Origin: Camelus ferus
Lineage: Eukaryota
Reading direction: 5' to 3'
Assembly: GCF_009834535.1 (NCBI RefSeq)
Contig: NC_045696.1
Coordinates: 99,388,001-99,452,000, forward strand
DNA: 64,000 nucleotides
The notes under the pieces are model-generated. The model was not told the DNA's origin. It searched no databases and saw nothing but the letters and a program-made list of their open reading frames with translations. The position numbers and the translations under genes were made by a program. Position 1 is the stretch's first letter. The number at the start of each line of letters is the position of its first letter. Of the stretch, positions 52,016-64,000 are shown piece by piece.

Positions 52016-55000
52016 GAGTCATTTTAACAAGTAATATTGAGCAAATCGGAGTCTTTGGAGTCTCCTGCGCCATATGTAAGGCTGGAATGCCAACATGGCC
52101 TCCCAGTGACCTCCTTGGCTTGCTGGGAGCCTGAGTGCAATGGGACAGTGACAGTCCTCTCTTCTATCCCTTCTGCCCTGGAGCAGCCGGATGGGTGACC
52201 CCAAGTGAGTCAAACAAATATTTTCATATGATGGAATAAAGTTTGGGAAGAACTAATATATGAAATATGTGTTGTGGCAGAAATCATGCAGATGGTGTGG
52301 ATGAGAAACAAAAATTTTGGAAATACTGAAAAACATCTGAGGAGAAAGTGAAATAATATTTAGGCCTTTCTATCTATAAATTGATCAAGTTTACCAAATA
52401 ATTGCTAGTCTTCTGATTTTCCTTGGCTTGTGTAGGCATTTGCCAAGTCATCTGTTCATCCGGGCAGCCAACCAGTCAAAATTTTTGAGTGCCTACTCTA
52501 CGTCCCAGGGATGGTAAAAAATGATGAGGATAAAGACATGAACTGTCTCCCCATCCCTCCAGTAATCAACATTTCCACGCGAAAGGAAGTAATTAATTAC
52601 AATGAAATGTAATGTGTGACGCTACAAGTAAATACTGTGTTCCAAGCCCTCTCCTATGTATTTAATTTTATTTTATCCTTAAAGGAACTTAATGGGGTGG
52701 ACAATGTTCCCTTCACTGGATATAGATAAGGATACTGGTTTTCAGAGAGTGTAAATCCCCCAAAGTCCTACTACTAAAAAGTATTTTAAAAAGGATTCAA
52801 ATCCAGTACCATGGAGAAAAGTATGTGCATGTTGATAAAAACTACCTTTGTTTATACAGTTATCCAAGGTTTCCTGCCAAGATGGTCCATCCTTTACTTA
52901 TCATTAGGCTGCAGGCAAAATATTGGGCTTCGATTCAGCCTCAGGATTTTCTGAGTTTGAGGTCATATTCAGGTCCCCTCCCAAATGGTACTTTTTTTTT
53001 CACCCAGTGGACACAAACAATCTGGAAGGAAACAAATTTTTCCGGTGCAGTATATTTTTCTTTGTTACAGGATGGGGTGGAGTTAGGGAGGTTGAAATTT
53101 GAGTTGGTGGTTAAAAGGAGTTTGTCCTTGTATGAAATGTTTTGTTTTTCAATAATCTGTTTAGATATTAAACATGTTCTTAAAATTTATAAAAATAATT
53201 CTAGATATCTATTTAAGTTCACTTTTTCAGACAGTCATTTTGCTTCAAGAATGCTTGATCTTAGCCTGCTCAGCAGCAACTGTCTTCTGTCTTGCATCAT
53301 GAGTCTTGGTTCTTTATTTCTTCATATGTAAAGTGAGACGAGGGGACGTACCACGTTCCATGTAAGGTTTCAGGGGCTCTAATGTATGATTTCTTTAGCT
53401 TTTGGAACTAGCGAAAGTGCTAGCTGGTCTGAGTCTCATTGTTTTAAAAGTATGTATACATAGAAAATGAAAAATTTTAAGTTAATTTCAAGATCGCATA
53501 GCCAGTGACAAAATCCTGGGCAGAATTCTGTCTTTTGACTCTTTCAGAGGTTTCTTTGTAACGCACTGGGCAATCTTGCCTTTGCCAATGTACTTGGAAG
53601 ACATTTGGGTTTATTTCTGTGTATGATACATTGTTTCAAGTGACTTGAGCTTACTGGCATCTGGAATGAGATGCGGCACTAAATATTTGTATTTACTACC
53701 AGGTATATGCACTTAATTTTCTCGGCTTAGTGTTCCTGTGTGTGTGTATGTATGTGTGTGTGCACGCGCACACTGAAGGACAGAAAAATACTAGCTAACA
53801 GGTGTCTGCGATTTCCTCTCTCCCACCTTAAAGAAATGGAAACATCTTCAAACATACATAAGATTATCATAAATAGAAACATCATAAACCATAATACATA
53901 ACTATGTATTTCTTACGTTGGTGAGTAAACACTAATGGGGAATAAAGAAGAAGGGCAGAGTCAGGTGGCAGGTGTTTATGAGAAACCCTGGGGTAATAAA
54001 TTAAGATTGTATACATTGTATCTATATTCTTACATTTCCTAAGAGTAGTTCTGGATATAAGCAGCCCAGAATGGTATTTGGTGTGAAATATAAGAAGGGT
54101 GTGTCTTCATTGCACAAATACATGCTTAAATATTAAATATAGAAATAAGAAAAATGTACTTGAGGAATGAGGCAGAAGTTCAGGGCAAATTCTCTAAACC
54201 TCCTCACGATGGCAAACATTTACATTCTAAGCCTTTCTCCCCCATTATGAGCAACCTGATTTTCATCAATGAAAGCAGCTGGCAGAGACTACTGAACCAG
54301 TTATTTTATTTTATCCGGCATTGCTAGCAGAGATACCACTTTCATTTTCGCCGGCATTTGTAGTGTAAATGAGGAGCAACCTATTGTAAAATAATGCTAA
54401 GAAGATCAAAGGAAGCAATCCGTACTACCAAGCTAAAATCATTGCGGGAAAATGTTTTTTGATTGTGGTTAATAATGTAATCAAGCCAGAAACCTGCCTA
54501 GAAGTTGGAGTTATAGCTGAATTACTTCTAATATCACAGGGTACCTAATCTGCAGCAATGTGGCAGGAAAGTTCCGGACTTCTAAAAATGCGGGGCTACT
54601 AAAATATTTACAAAGAGCTGCATAGTTTTGACTGGAATACTATGTATATTTTGTCAGAAAAACAAATCGGTGTTGCCACTGAAGATTGAGAATTAAGGCG
54701 GGAAGAGGAAAGCTAAAAGGAAGAAAACCAAAGGGGTCATTTAAAAAAAAAAGTATTTGACGTCTTTCTTTCTGTCCCCCTGTGGGAGGGGGAAAAAACA
54801 TTCTTAATAGCAAAATCATTCTCAGACTTTTCTGATTCATTTTATATTTAGCAGATTACAGCTTTAGTCATCAGTAGGAAAGAGCCTCACAAACTGACGG
54901 ACCTGAAATCATGTCCTTTGATTGTAATTGACAGAAGAAAGCATTTAAGGTAAAGAAAAAAAATTTTATTCATCTTTGATTACACTGTGATGTGATTTGG

Positions 55001-55998
55001 TGACATAATACAACTGAGAATTGAGGCAAGAAAGGCAGTAATTCCTACTTGAGGGTCTGACATGAGGTAGTCCTGCAGTTGTCTTCCTTCCAGCGCCTCC
55101 AGCTACAACATTCTCCTTGATGGCGGCCAGACAAATATATGTTCAGTGGGTTAGAATTTAAAGGGCAAACAGCTCTAAAATAACGTTTCTTAAGGCAACG
55201 TATTTCAGCATTAAAGGCTTGACCACTACACATTTGACTGGACCTAAAATTAAATCTATTCAATTTAAACATTTTACGGTACAACAACAAAAATACCCCC
55301 AGTTAAGCAACACTTTCTTAAAATAATGGAAATAAATGGTTTGTAGACAATAGCTCTCTAAAGAGATACATGTCTTTTTTGTTTCTTTTTGGTTATCAGT
55401 GACTGTATATATTTCTAAACCTATCCAGTGTGAATTGGGGTATCTTTATACTTTGATAGTTTTCTTCACTCCTTTTCTTAGACTCATGTACTCTTCAGAG
55501 AGGATCAGGCCATATATATTTTGGACATTTTACAAAAGAGGTACATGCAAATATGACTAAATTATGTTGGACAGTTGGTAAAATCACAGGTAGGTAGAGC
55601 ATCATGTGTATTTCCCTGACGAGTAGTTACTTCATTAAATAAATTTATATTCTAGGATTTGAATAATGAGTATAAAGTTTGATTCAATATCTTCATTTTT
55701 TTAGTGCCATAATGAAAATAACTTCTCTATATTCATGTACAAATGACTTCCTAATATTCAGATTTTAGAAGATCTAAGACATAAATGAACAAAGAGTGTG
55801 TACATTGTGAAGAAATAAAAATATATTAGAAAATGTATAAAAGGAATCTTCAAAGTTTAATTTGATAAATTTTCTTTAAAAAGCTTTGAAGAGTTTATAT
55901 TTGAAAGTCACATAAGATCTGTAAGTCTGCTAGGCCAGAAAAACTATTGCTTAGCAATATTTTTTAGTGATTAAGAAAAGATCTCCTGAATGTCACAA

Positions 55999-56042
55999 GT
56001 GTGTGTGTGTGTGTGTGTCTGTGTGTGTGTGTGTGTGTGTGT
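55999..56042 (+). repeat. (GT)~22 microsatellite with one CT interruption
   Basis: Direct reading of the sequence. Confidence 0.95.
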
Positions 56043-59000
56043 AGCCATAAGGGGAATTCAGTGAATACCCATCAGAGAATAACTTGTGATGAAGTTTCAT
56101 TTTCCAAAGAAAGATTATGTAGTGTCAGTAGATGATGATATTTATACATGTAAATCAAGTATTTGAATCTGCAAGTTAATTGTGTCTAGAAATGTCAGAC
56201 TAATTATAAACTCTTAGGCTGTATTTACCTGAATGCCCCCCAAAGCTATTTAAAACTGAAAATTTCAATTTATAGAAGGTGGTTTCAGTTGTCAGAAATG
56301 GACTCTATTAATCATACCTTTCAGGGCAACATAGGTTTCACCTACACAAATACAGGTGCAAGTCAGAAAGCCGTTCAACCTCCCATGAAAAACATGTCCG
56401 GTGTTCTTCCAGGTTAGCTCAGGTTCTGGATTACCTTGTCTGTGAGCATGTGCCTCATCCGAAGAATGATTTGAATTATTATCTAAGAGGCTTAAATAAA
56501 AACATTCCAAGACAAGAGTTCATTATAGACATTGCTACATGCTTTCCCTCCCCATGAAGATCAACTTACATTTCATTCTGTACCAATATTTGCTGCTAGT
56601 TCCACATAAATTACATTTGAATCTTTTTTTGGTTTTGGTTTGGTTTACTCAGAAGTTTTATTTTGGTCTCTTTTTTTTTTTTTTTTTTTTACTATGGGGA
56701 TCATATGAAACTTTGAAGATGTAACTGACATGCATGTGGTATCAGTTCATGTCCAGCATTGGGCTAGTTTTCATCTTTTTACATAAGAGGAATGCTAGTC
56801 TTTTCATGGATACTCATCTACATATACATGTGTACACCTTGTGTGTATTTGTGCTTCCAAACATGAAAGCAAAAGGAGGAATAATGGTTTACTTGTTGGA
56901 AATCCAACTTTCCTTTTTAGCCTGGGCCAACTTCTTTTTCATTAAGAATAGAAGGTTCTGCTAAAACTATTGGAAGATTCTTTTTTTCTTTTTAAAATTC
57001 ATCTAGAGTTTCAGTTTTCTATTCCACATGGTTGCTGCAATAAATCATCTGACCAAGAAGGCAATTCAGTGGCAGCCCTTTGCAGAGATTTTTGCAAATA
57101 GCTTTTGGGGACTTTTGCACTTATCCCAAATTTATACTTCAGTTAATCATCAACAAAGGCAGTAATGTGTCAGGCAAAAAGAGGTTTGGGCAAAACAAGG
57201 AGGCTTAGATTGCTGAACTGTTTTCATTATTCAGAAGCATCATTCACAAAATTGTTTATCTTCATTTTCCAAATTCACTCATCAAAACATTTTCACTGTA
57301 TCAAATAAATTAAAAGAAATTCACTTTATCAAAACATTCAATATCACCATTTACATATAACATAGTCTAATAGTGAAATAGTTTAACTTTTTTGAGTTAT
57401 TTGTATAGTTTTGTATATATTTCTTTAAAATTCTTTAATTAGTATGGATAAAATAATGTAGGAAAGAATAAGAAATTAATCTACTGTCATATATGAAATG
57501 CCCAGTTGTCCACCTTTATTTAATATTAGGAAACAGAATATAGTCTTGATGATTTTATTATCTTCATTTTTCTAATTGTTTACAGATGGGTGATTTTGTC
57601 TGGGAAATTCTCTGCAAGCTAGAACTCATATTTTTAAATAAGAACATTAAAAAATTGTTATATATGACAATGCATTTATATCAGGAAGTTAACCCTTACG
57701 TAGATTAGTTAACTCTTTCCCGTAAGATTTTAAGATATATTTAATTTAAGTATTGCTTTTAAAAGATTGAATACTGAATTTCAGTATTTGTTATTGAAAT
57801 TTTATAATTAAAAAGGCCCTTAGAAAGAATGACTCCCAATTATAAACTGAAAATATCTGATACTATTATCAGTAAGCTAAAATCAATTGAACAGAAAAAT
57901 TTCTCATGAGATTTTTGTTTTAAATAACTGGATTGGAAGTAGGAAAGAAAACAACCTTAACAGTAATTGTTTAAATCTGGTATATTTGATTTCTTAAGGT
58001 CAGTCCACATACACTCAAAAGGCATGATTCCCAGAAATGCCAAGCCCTGGTTAACAGAGATATTATCTGCTTCACTAAGTATTTGGTTCTATTTAATTTC
58101 ATGCAATTACATGTAGACTTTGCCAAAGAATCAATAAAGTAGTAATATTTGAAATGTTAAATTCTCACATTGAAAGCTAGATTATACACTTAAACAAATT
58201 GGACTCTATACCTTTCTCAATGATTTGCCAGTCTAAATAATGATTTTAAAAATATGATATCCGAAATGTATTACATGATGTCTAAATTGTCCTTATGATC
58301 AAGTTTCAGAAAAAAAACTGGAGGATAAAAATAGGTTGATCTAATGCAAAATCATGATTTAAGATACTTTTTACAATAGGTGTGTTACTGCATGTGATAG
58401 TAAATGTTTGATATTTTAAAAAGTGGAAAAGTATGCACATAGGAAGTAATCAAATTATTTATCACTTCAGACATTTTAAAATGGAGATATGTTTCAATTG
58501 CTTTGGAGAATGATATTGCTATTTTTTTCCTCAGATATATTCAACTTCATAGTGTTATTTTTTCCTAAAAATATAATATTGTACAAGCTGACTAGTAAAC
58601 CTGGTTCTCAGTGACATTTTGGCACAAAAGGCAGTTGTTCTACCACAGGATCACTGTCATTTGGTATTAATGTACTGATAACTGGTAGTTGAGCCCAAAA
58701 GTGATACACTAGTGTATGTTTATACTTTTAAATTGTTATTAAATTTACTATGCCAGTAGTGTATTTTTAGGATACATCAAAAATAAGTTCTTGAAAATTA
58801 AAAAAAAAAAGTTATGGCTATAAAAATGAAATCTTTAAAATTAACATTTGAATGATCAGCAATTTAGGGGTAATTATAGTTCACACTCTACATTCAGTGC
58901 ATTTTGATATATGGATAATTACTCCTAGTAATATCCTTTAGTTGGATTTTTGTAACCACAGTAACAATTTATTGCAAAATTAATTCCTTGGCACAATTTA

Positions 59001-60989
59001 ACATTTAGTGATGTGAAGTCAAAGTGAATTGATTTTACCGCAGACCACTTGTGCCCTGGTTTCCTACATTGAAGTACTAATTGGTTATTACAGGTCACTT
59101 TAGAACTTAGTTTAAAAATAAATTGTTGCAAGGTGCATTTAGTAGAAATAGCTTGATATTTTCTGCTCATGGGGCTTTATTTAAATAAAAAAATGGTAAA
59201 GTAATGCAATCATCTTTGGTTATAAAAGTGATGGATAAATTGAAAACATTTTTGAATCAGGTCAATGGTACTGATGATTAGTACATTGTTAATCAAGTTC
59301 TTCAGATTGCTATCAAATGCCTTCGCTTTTTTGCTCGGGCTGGTGAGAGGATCATGAATATTAAAGAGATTCAAATGGATGTGCTCTCATGTAATATGGA
59401 GTACCACAAATGAAAAGACTAAATGAGGGCAGCCTGTAACTCTAGGTACTGATATATCTCTTAAGTAAAGAGGATGCCTGATCAATTTCTATGCTTACTT
59501 ATATATAACAACCAAATAGAGCTTTTTTTTTTTTTTTTTTTGTAATCTATATTTCAGTCACATTGAAACCAGTGGACATGGTACATGAAAAATATTATTT
59601 TAAAGAAAAGGTTTGCATAGTAGTTAATACGGTGTGGTTGGTAATAGCTAGAATTTAAAGAAAACACAGATTAAAGATTAGGATATAATGCATTTATTTT
59701 AAATTTTAGAGGCAAAGAGTGGAGAGACTGTGCTAAGCAATGTCTTCTTGAAAGAGAGAAATGATAATATACTTTATCTTTTTATTTAGCAATAAAGTCT
59801 TTCTGCTTTTTAAATCTATGCAATTAGAAACATGATACTATATGTTAGGTGTTGATTTATTACTAAAAGCCAAATTTTGTTTTTTAAACCAAAACGGAAG
59901 AAAAAGGTTTTCCACGAACATCTTTAAACATTTAGAGTTTAGATCACTCAGAGTCCATTTTTTCCAGTATGAATAAATGTTTATAAAGAATTATGAAACA
60001 CAGATCACTGATACTACATGTTTACGTATAAAATAGAAACAAAATAATACATTCATAAATTACTAACCTGAAAAATCTAATAAAGTAATGGTATGGCATA
60101 TTTTTAGAGTTTAACATAGCTTATTGTTAAAACTGAATATAGACAGATAAATATAATAGAAATATTATAGGAATATCCTGTTTGGAAAGAGTAATACTTT
60201 ACCTTTAGAACCTACCAAACCTGCACAGATGAATTTATTGTGTTGATTGTTTTCTTAGAAAATTCTATTTATGATGGTAGTGATTTTAGAATAGGATTCT
60301 AAGGGAAAAATTGTGTTTTGGAGTGAGAGAAGTCCGACAATGAAGATTCAGTGTTCATGGAATTATCTGAGTGATCCTGAATAGTTTGAAGATGAGCAGA
60401 GGGTACAGGGTACCTGGGGTTTGTGGTTAAAAATGGAGGAGATAAAATGGGGGAAGAATAGGGTGATTTTTTGTGAGGCACAGACTTCAAATTTTCTTAA
60501 GTTCAGCCTTATGAATAAAGGCCAGCTGTTAATACATTCAGACTCATTATCCTCCTAGTCATGACAAGCTACTGAATGTACCAGTTTTGAAAATGCTCAT
60601 GTCTCAAGTTTTCATTAGTATCCCAGATGAAGTAGGAAAATGGTTGATTATTGCTTAAAGTATGAGTATTTATAGGATCATAGATTGGTACAACTGTTGA
60701 GTCACAGCAGGATTTGAGAAGCCACTTTGTCCAAGTAAGTCACTTTTCCAGGTGAGAACAGTAAGACCCTGAGAAGTTAAGTATCCTGCTCAAGTTAATT
60801 AATACTATGGTCAAAATTAGGATTAAGTTATTCTGATTTGCAATCCATCCTAAGCTTTTCCCTTAATATTTAACCACTGTAATTTTAGAACAAAGCTAGA
60901 AGTTGAAAATATAGACATATACAAGTCCAATCCATAATACATCATCTGAGGAAAATTGGATTACCTGAGAGACAATAACAGGAAGACTA

Positions 60990-62620
60990 ATTCTATAAAA
61001 TTTTATAAGGGTAGTAGGTCTATGATTAGAAAAGGCTTTCCTAAGGAAGTGCTATTTAAGTCAAAGCTTGAAGATGTAATAGAAGGTCAGTGGATGAAGA
61101 ATGAGAAAAAGAACGTTCCAGTGTGTGGAAATGCTATGTTAAAGGATTTGATTTGACTTGCATTTTTGAGAAATGGCCTTCAAAATATACTGAGCAAGTC
61201 CTGGAAATGGACAAGAAATGAGATGGAGAAATTGGCAGGGGCCAAGTCATGGAGATAGGAAAAAGAACTGGAATTTTATTCCAAATGCATTGGTTGGAAA
61301 GCTATTGAAAGGTTTGAGCTAGGCTTCTTAAATGGTCTAATATACTTTTCAATATATAACTATTACATACACTGTCTTAGAAATAACATTAATTATTCAC
61401 TAGAGATGCCATGTAGGCAGTTGGAAAGAGTAGTCTGAAGCTCAGAAGAAATATCTGAATAGAGATACAAGTTTGAAGTCTTTTCAAAGTTTGGGATAGA
61501 TGTGATTCCCTAGGAAACGAATATAGAAGAACAAGAGAAGAGGGTCCAGAGTGGAACTCCAAAATATAAATGTTAGAGAAAAATGAGAAAAATCAGACTA
61601 AAGAGTGGTATGGAAGGAAACTGGGTGAACCGAGTATTCCAAAGCCAACAAAGAGAAGTATGACTCACGAGTAACTTCAAATTTCTTGAACGCTGTTGAG
61701 AAGTTGTAGTGAGTTGAATTGTGCTCTCCCAAAAATATGTTCAACCCCCAACCTTCCTGTACCTGTGAATGTGACCTTATTTAGAAACAGTTTGTCTAAG
61801 TGCAATCAAATTAAGTTGAGGTCATACAGGATTTGAGTGGGCCAAGAGTCCAATGACTGACATTCTTAGAAAAAGAGGGAAGGACACACAAAAACAGAAA
61901 AATCACGTGAAGACAAATGATTATAGTGATGGCAGCCACAAGCCAAGGAATGCCAAGGATTTGGGGGAGCGACTAGAAGCTGGGAGAGAGACATGGGATG
62001 GTTTCTCCCTCAGAGCCTCCAGAAGGAACCCACCTTGTGCCAACACCTTGATTTCAGACTATACTGACCTCTTGAACTGTGGGAAAATAAATCTGCCTTG
62101 TTAGCCACACAGTATGTAATAGTTTGTTGCAGTAGCCCTAAGAAGCTAGTACAGAAGTAAAATGAGATGAGGATTTAGGCATTAGGCATCAGAAAGATAA
62201 TTGTCATCTTTATCAAAAGCAGAATAGTCTCATGGAATGTTAGGGGTGGAATCCTTACTAGTGGGACTTGAAAAACAAACAAAAGGTGATGAGAAGACAG
62301 GTAGGAAAATAGCTTGAGAGTGATCCACAGAGTTTTTATTTAATGAAATATACTAAGATATGTGTGGATGCCTAGTGGCAAGGGCACAGAGCAGAGGCTT
62401 AGAAGTTGAAGAGCTTCAGGGAGGAATGACTGACAAAGGGACTCTGCGAAGGCAGTAGGGGAGAGCGTTCAGGTTAGTACTCACTCTTCCATTGCAATTA
62501 AGAGGAAGAAAAAGTTTGCAGATACAGTTGGATTTGTATGGCGGAGAGATGAAAGATGTCATATCTAATACCATTTATTTTCTTAATTAAAAATGTTGCA
62601 AGATCACCTGTTGAGTATAA
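60990..62620. mobile_element. Extended L2 relic interrupted by an MLT1 LTR
   Basis: aaggctttcctaaggaagtgctatttaag, gtaggcagttggaaagagtagtctgaagctcagaaga, and ctgttgagaagt|aaaatgagatgaggat continuous across the LTR. Confidence 0.65.
61705..62153 (+). mobile_element. Complete MaLR solo LTR (MLT1B/C-like)
   Basis: TG...CA termini, acctgtgaatgtgaccttattt, aagccaaggaatgccaagg and aataaa. Perfect 5-bp TSD gaagt (61700-61704 / 62154-62158). Confidence 0.92.
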
Positions 62621-64000
62621 GCGGGATGACGGAAAGTTGGATATTCCAGAAAGATGGAGGTATGCAATATAGGTATGACAAGAGAAAAAGCAAACGGATA
62701 AGGCTGCTCAGAAGTATGCAGTATCAATTTAAGGGTAGTGGTTGAGTTGAGAGCGAAACCAACATGCCCAGCTGGGGATCATAACCCAAGATTAAAAGAT
62801 TTTTGAGAGCCTGATGTCTACTGAATATATCTCTCTATGTTTAATCAGATATGTGCTTTGCTTCCCTTTTATTGCTGATTATCTTGAGGCATCCTGGGTC
62901 TCTAACACAACACAAGTGAGGGAATATGCAGTCACCAAGGTAAAATGGAGAATAGTTAGCATTTTTGTTCCGGTACTTCTATCCCCATTCATTGAGCTCT
63001 CAATGCCCCATTTTGTACCTATTAAAATTGAGTTAATACAGTAATACCCAGTAGTCAAAGCTTAAGAGGAAATAACCCAGGGACCAATGAATATTGAATG
63101 AAAAGCTGTAACCGTAATCCAGAGTACCAGTAGTGCAGTTCTGTTGATAGCTGAGAAGGGAAGTTGGAAATCCAGAAGCTCTGAAATGCCCGACAATATT
63201 CAGAAAGATAATATCTTAAAAATCTTCCCAAAAGATGCGATTGAAAGTGACTTTAAACCCTTGATTGAGAAGTACACTACTCCCACTCTGTAGTGTCGCC
63301 CAGCAATAATTTATTTTGAAAGCTGTAATTCACTTTTGACATTATCATTTGAAGCCTTGGATGCTTTCAACTGTAATGATTGGCTCTGAGCTACAGTGGG
63401 AGATTTCCTGAAAACATTCCTTCTTAATAACAGCAGTCAGAAGAGTACAAAGTAAAATGTGTGGAATCACAGAGTTTAAGTCCAAAGCCACCCAATGACA
63501 TAAATCAGAATAGCAATCTGTCATTATAAACATTGTAATCCTTGGGCTACGCATGAATAAGGGAGGAAAAAGAATTTAAAATAAAATAACTGTGAGATTT
63601 CACTATTTTAAATGCCTGAAAGTGTCATGTGCCTTAGCCAACCACTGTGGAACAAAAAAAGAAAATGACAGTGAGATTTAAATGCTCTGTCTTGCGCCAT
63701 TGGATAGCACATAATAAGGTTTCTAAGCTGTTTTAACTGAGTCTGGCGTGTAAGTTTGGAATTTAGGATGGGGGTTCGTTTAACCTAGGGTTTCACAAAA
63801 ATAGAGATCTGGGGGATGGTAACGTCAACCTGTTCCTTAACTCACAGTATGATCGTCAAAAGATTATGTGGGAATAAAGAGATTTAGATTTCATTTTCCT
63901 ATTCTCAACAAGATTATTTCAGTGTTGGATTTTTACTATGGAAGGCCTTCAGGATTGCCTATGTATTACTGCAGGTGATAGGGAACAGGAACTGAATACT

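Noticed and set aside
52825..53331. 168-aa ORF in non-L1 sequence
   Set aside because: Non-ATG start, no recognisable domain, and it ends in a MIR-like relic. Expected by chance.
56326..56500. Small AG..GT-bounded open segments on both strands (also 3832-3872, about 46524-46557, 59306-59342)
   Set aside because: Peptides are unrecognisable and no consistent gene model links them, so they cannot be distinguished from chance splice-like sites.
57770..57788. Palindrome aatactgaatttcagtatt (also short hairpins near 24342 and 43142)
   Set aside because: Stems of only 8-9 bp in AT-rich DNA. Too short for a miRNA precursor or MITE.
1..64000. CRISPR arrays, operons or other prokaryotic-type systems
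   Set aside because: The sequence is plainly mammalian repeat-rich DNA, with no spaced-repeat array or gene-dense structure.

Overview
Mammalian, AT-rich non-coding DNA (intron or intergenic), most likely camelid. That assignment rests on four tRNA-Ala-derived SINEs matching the Vic-1 family as I recall it. I could not recognise any host protein-coding exon, and the ORF track is essentially LINE-1 sense/antisense frames plus chance ORFs. The window is a layered record of transposition. It holds a young 5'-truncated L1 with a 631-aa open RT/C-terminal ORF2 piece and a perfect 14-bp TSD (43565-45976), and an old near-full-length L1 (about 29.5-38.8 kb) split by an oppositely oriented L1. There are also short L1 3' ends, MaLR/ERVL/ERV1 LTRs, hAT MITEs, and L2/MIR relics. 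The more unusual items are an ERV LTR U3-R piece with the hallmarks of L1-mediated retrotransposition (poly-A tail plus long TSD, 17828-18207), an old 7SK snRNA retrocopy (about 7336-7507), and a possible L1 3' transduction. Several TE-free, motif-rich blocks look like conserved developmental enhancers, which is inference only. I see no evidence of a new multi-gene system. Repeat family names come from recalled consensus sequences and need RepeatMasker/Dfam confirmation.
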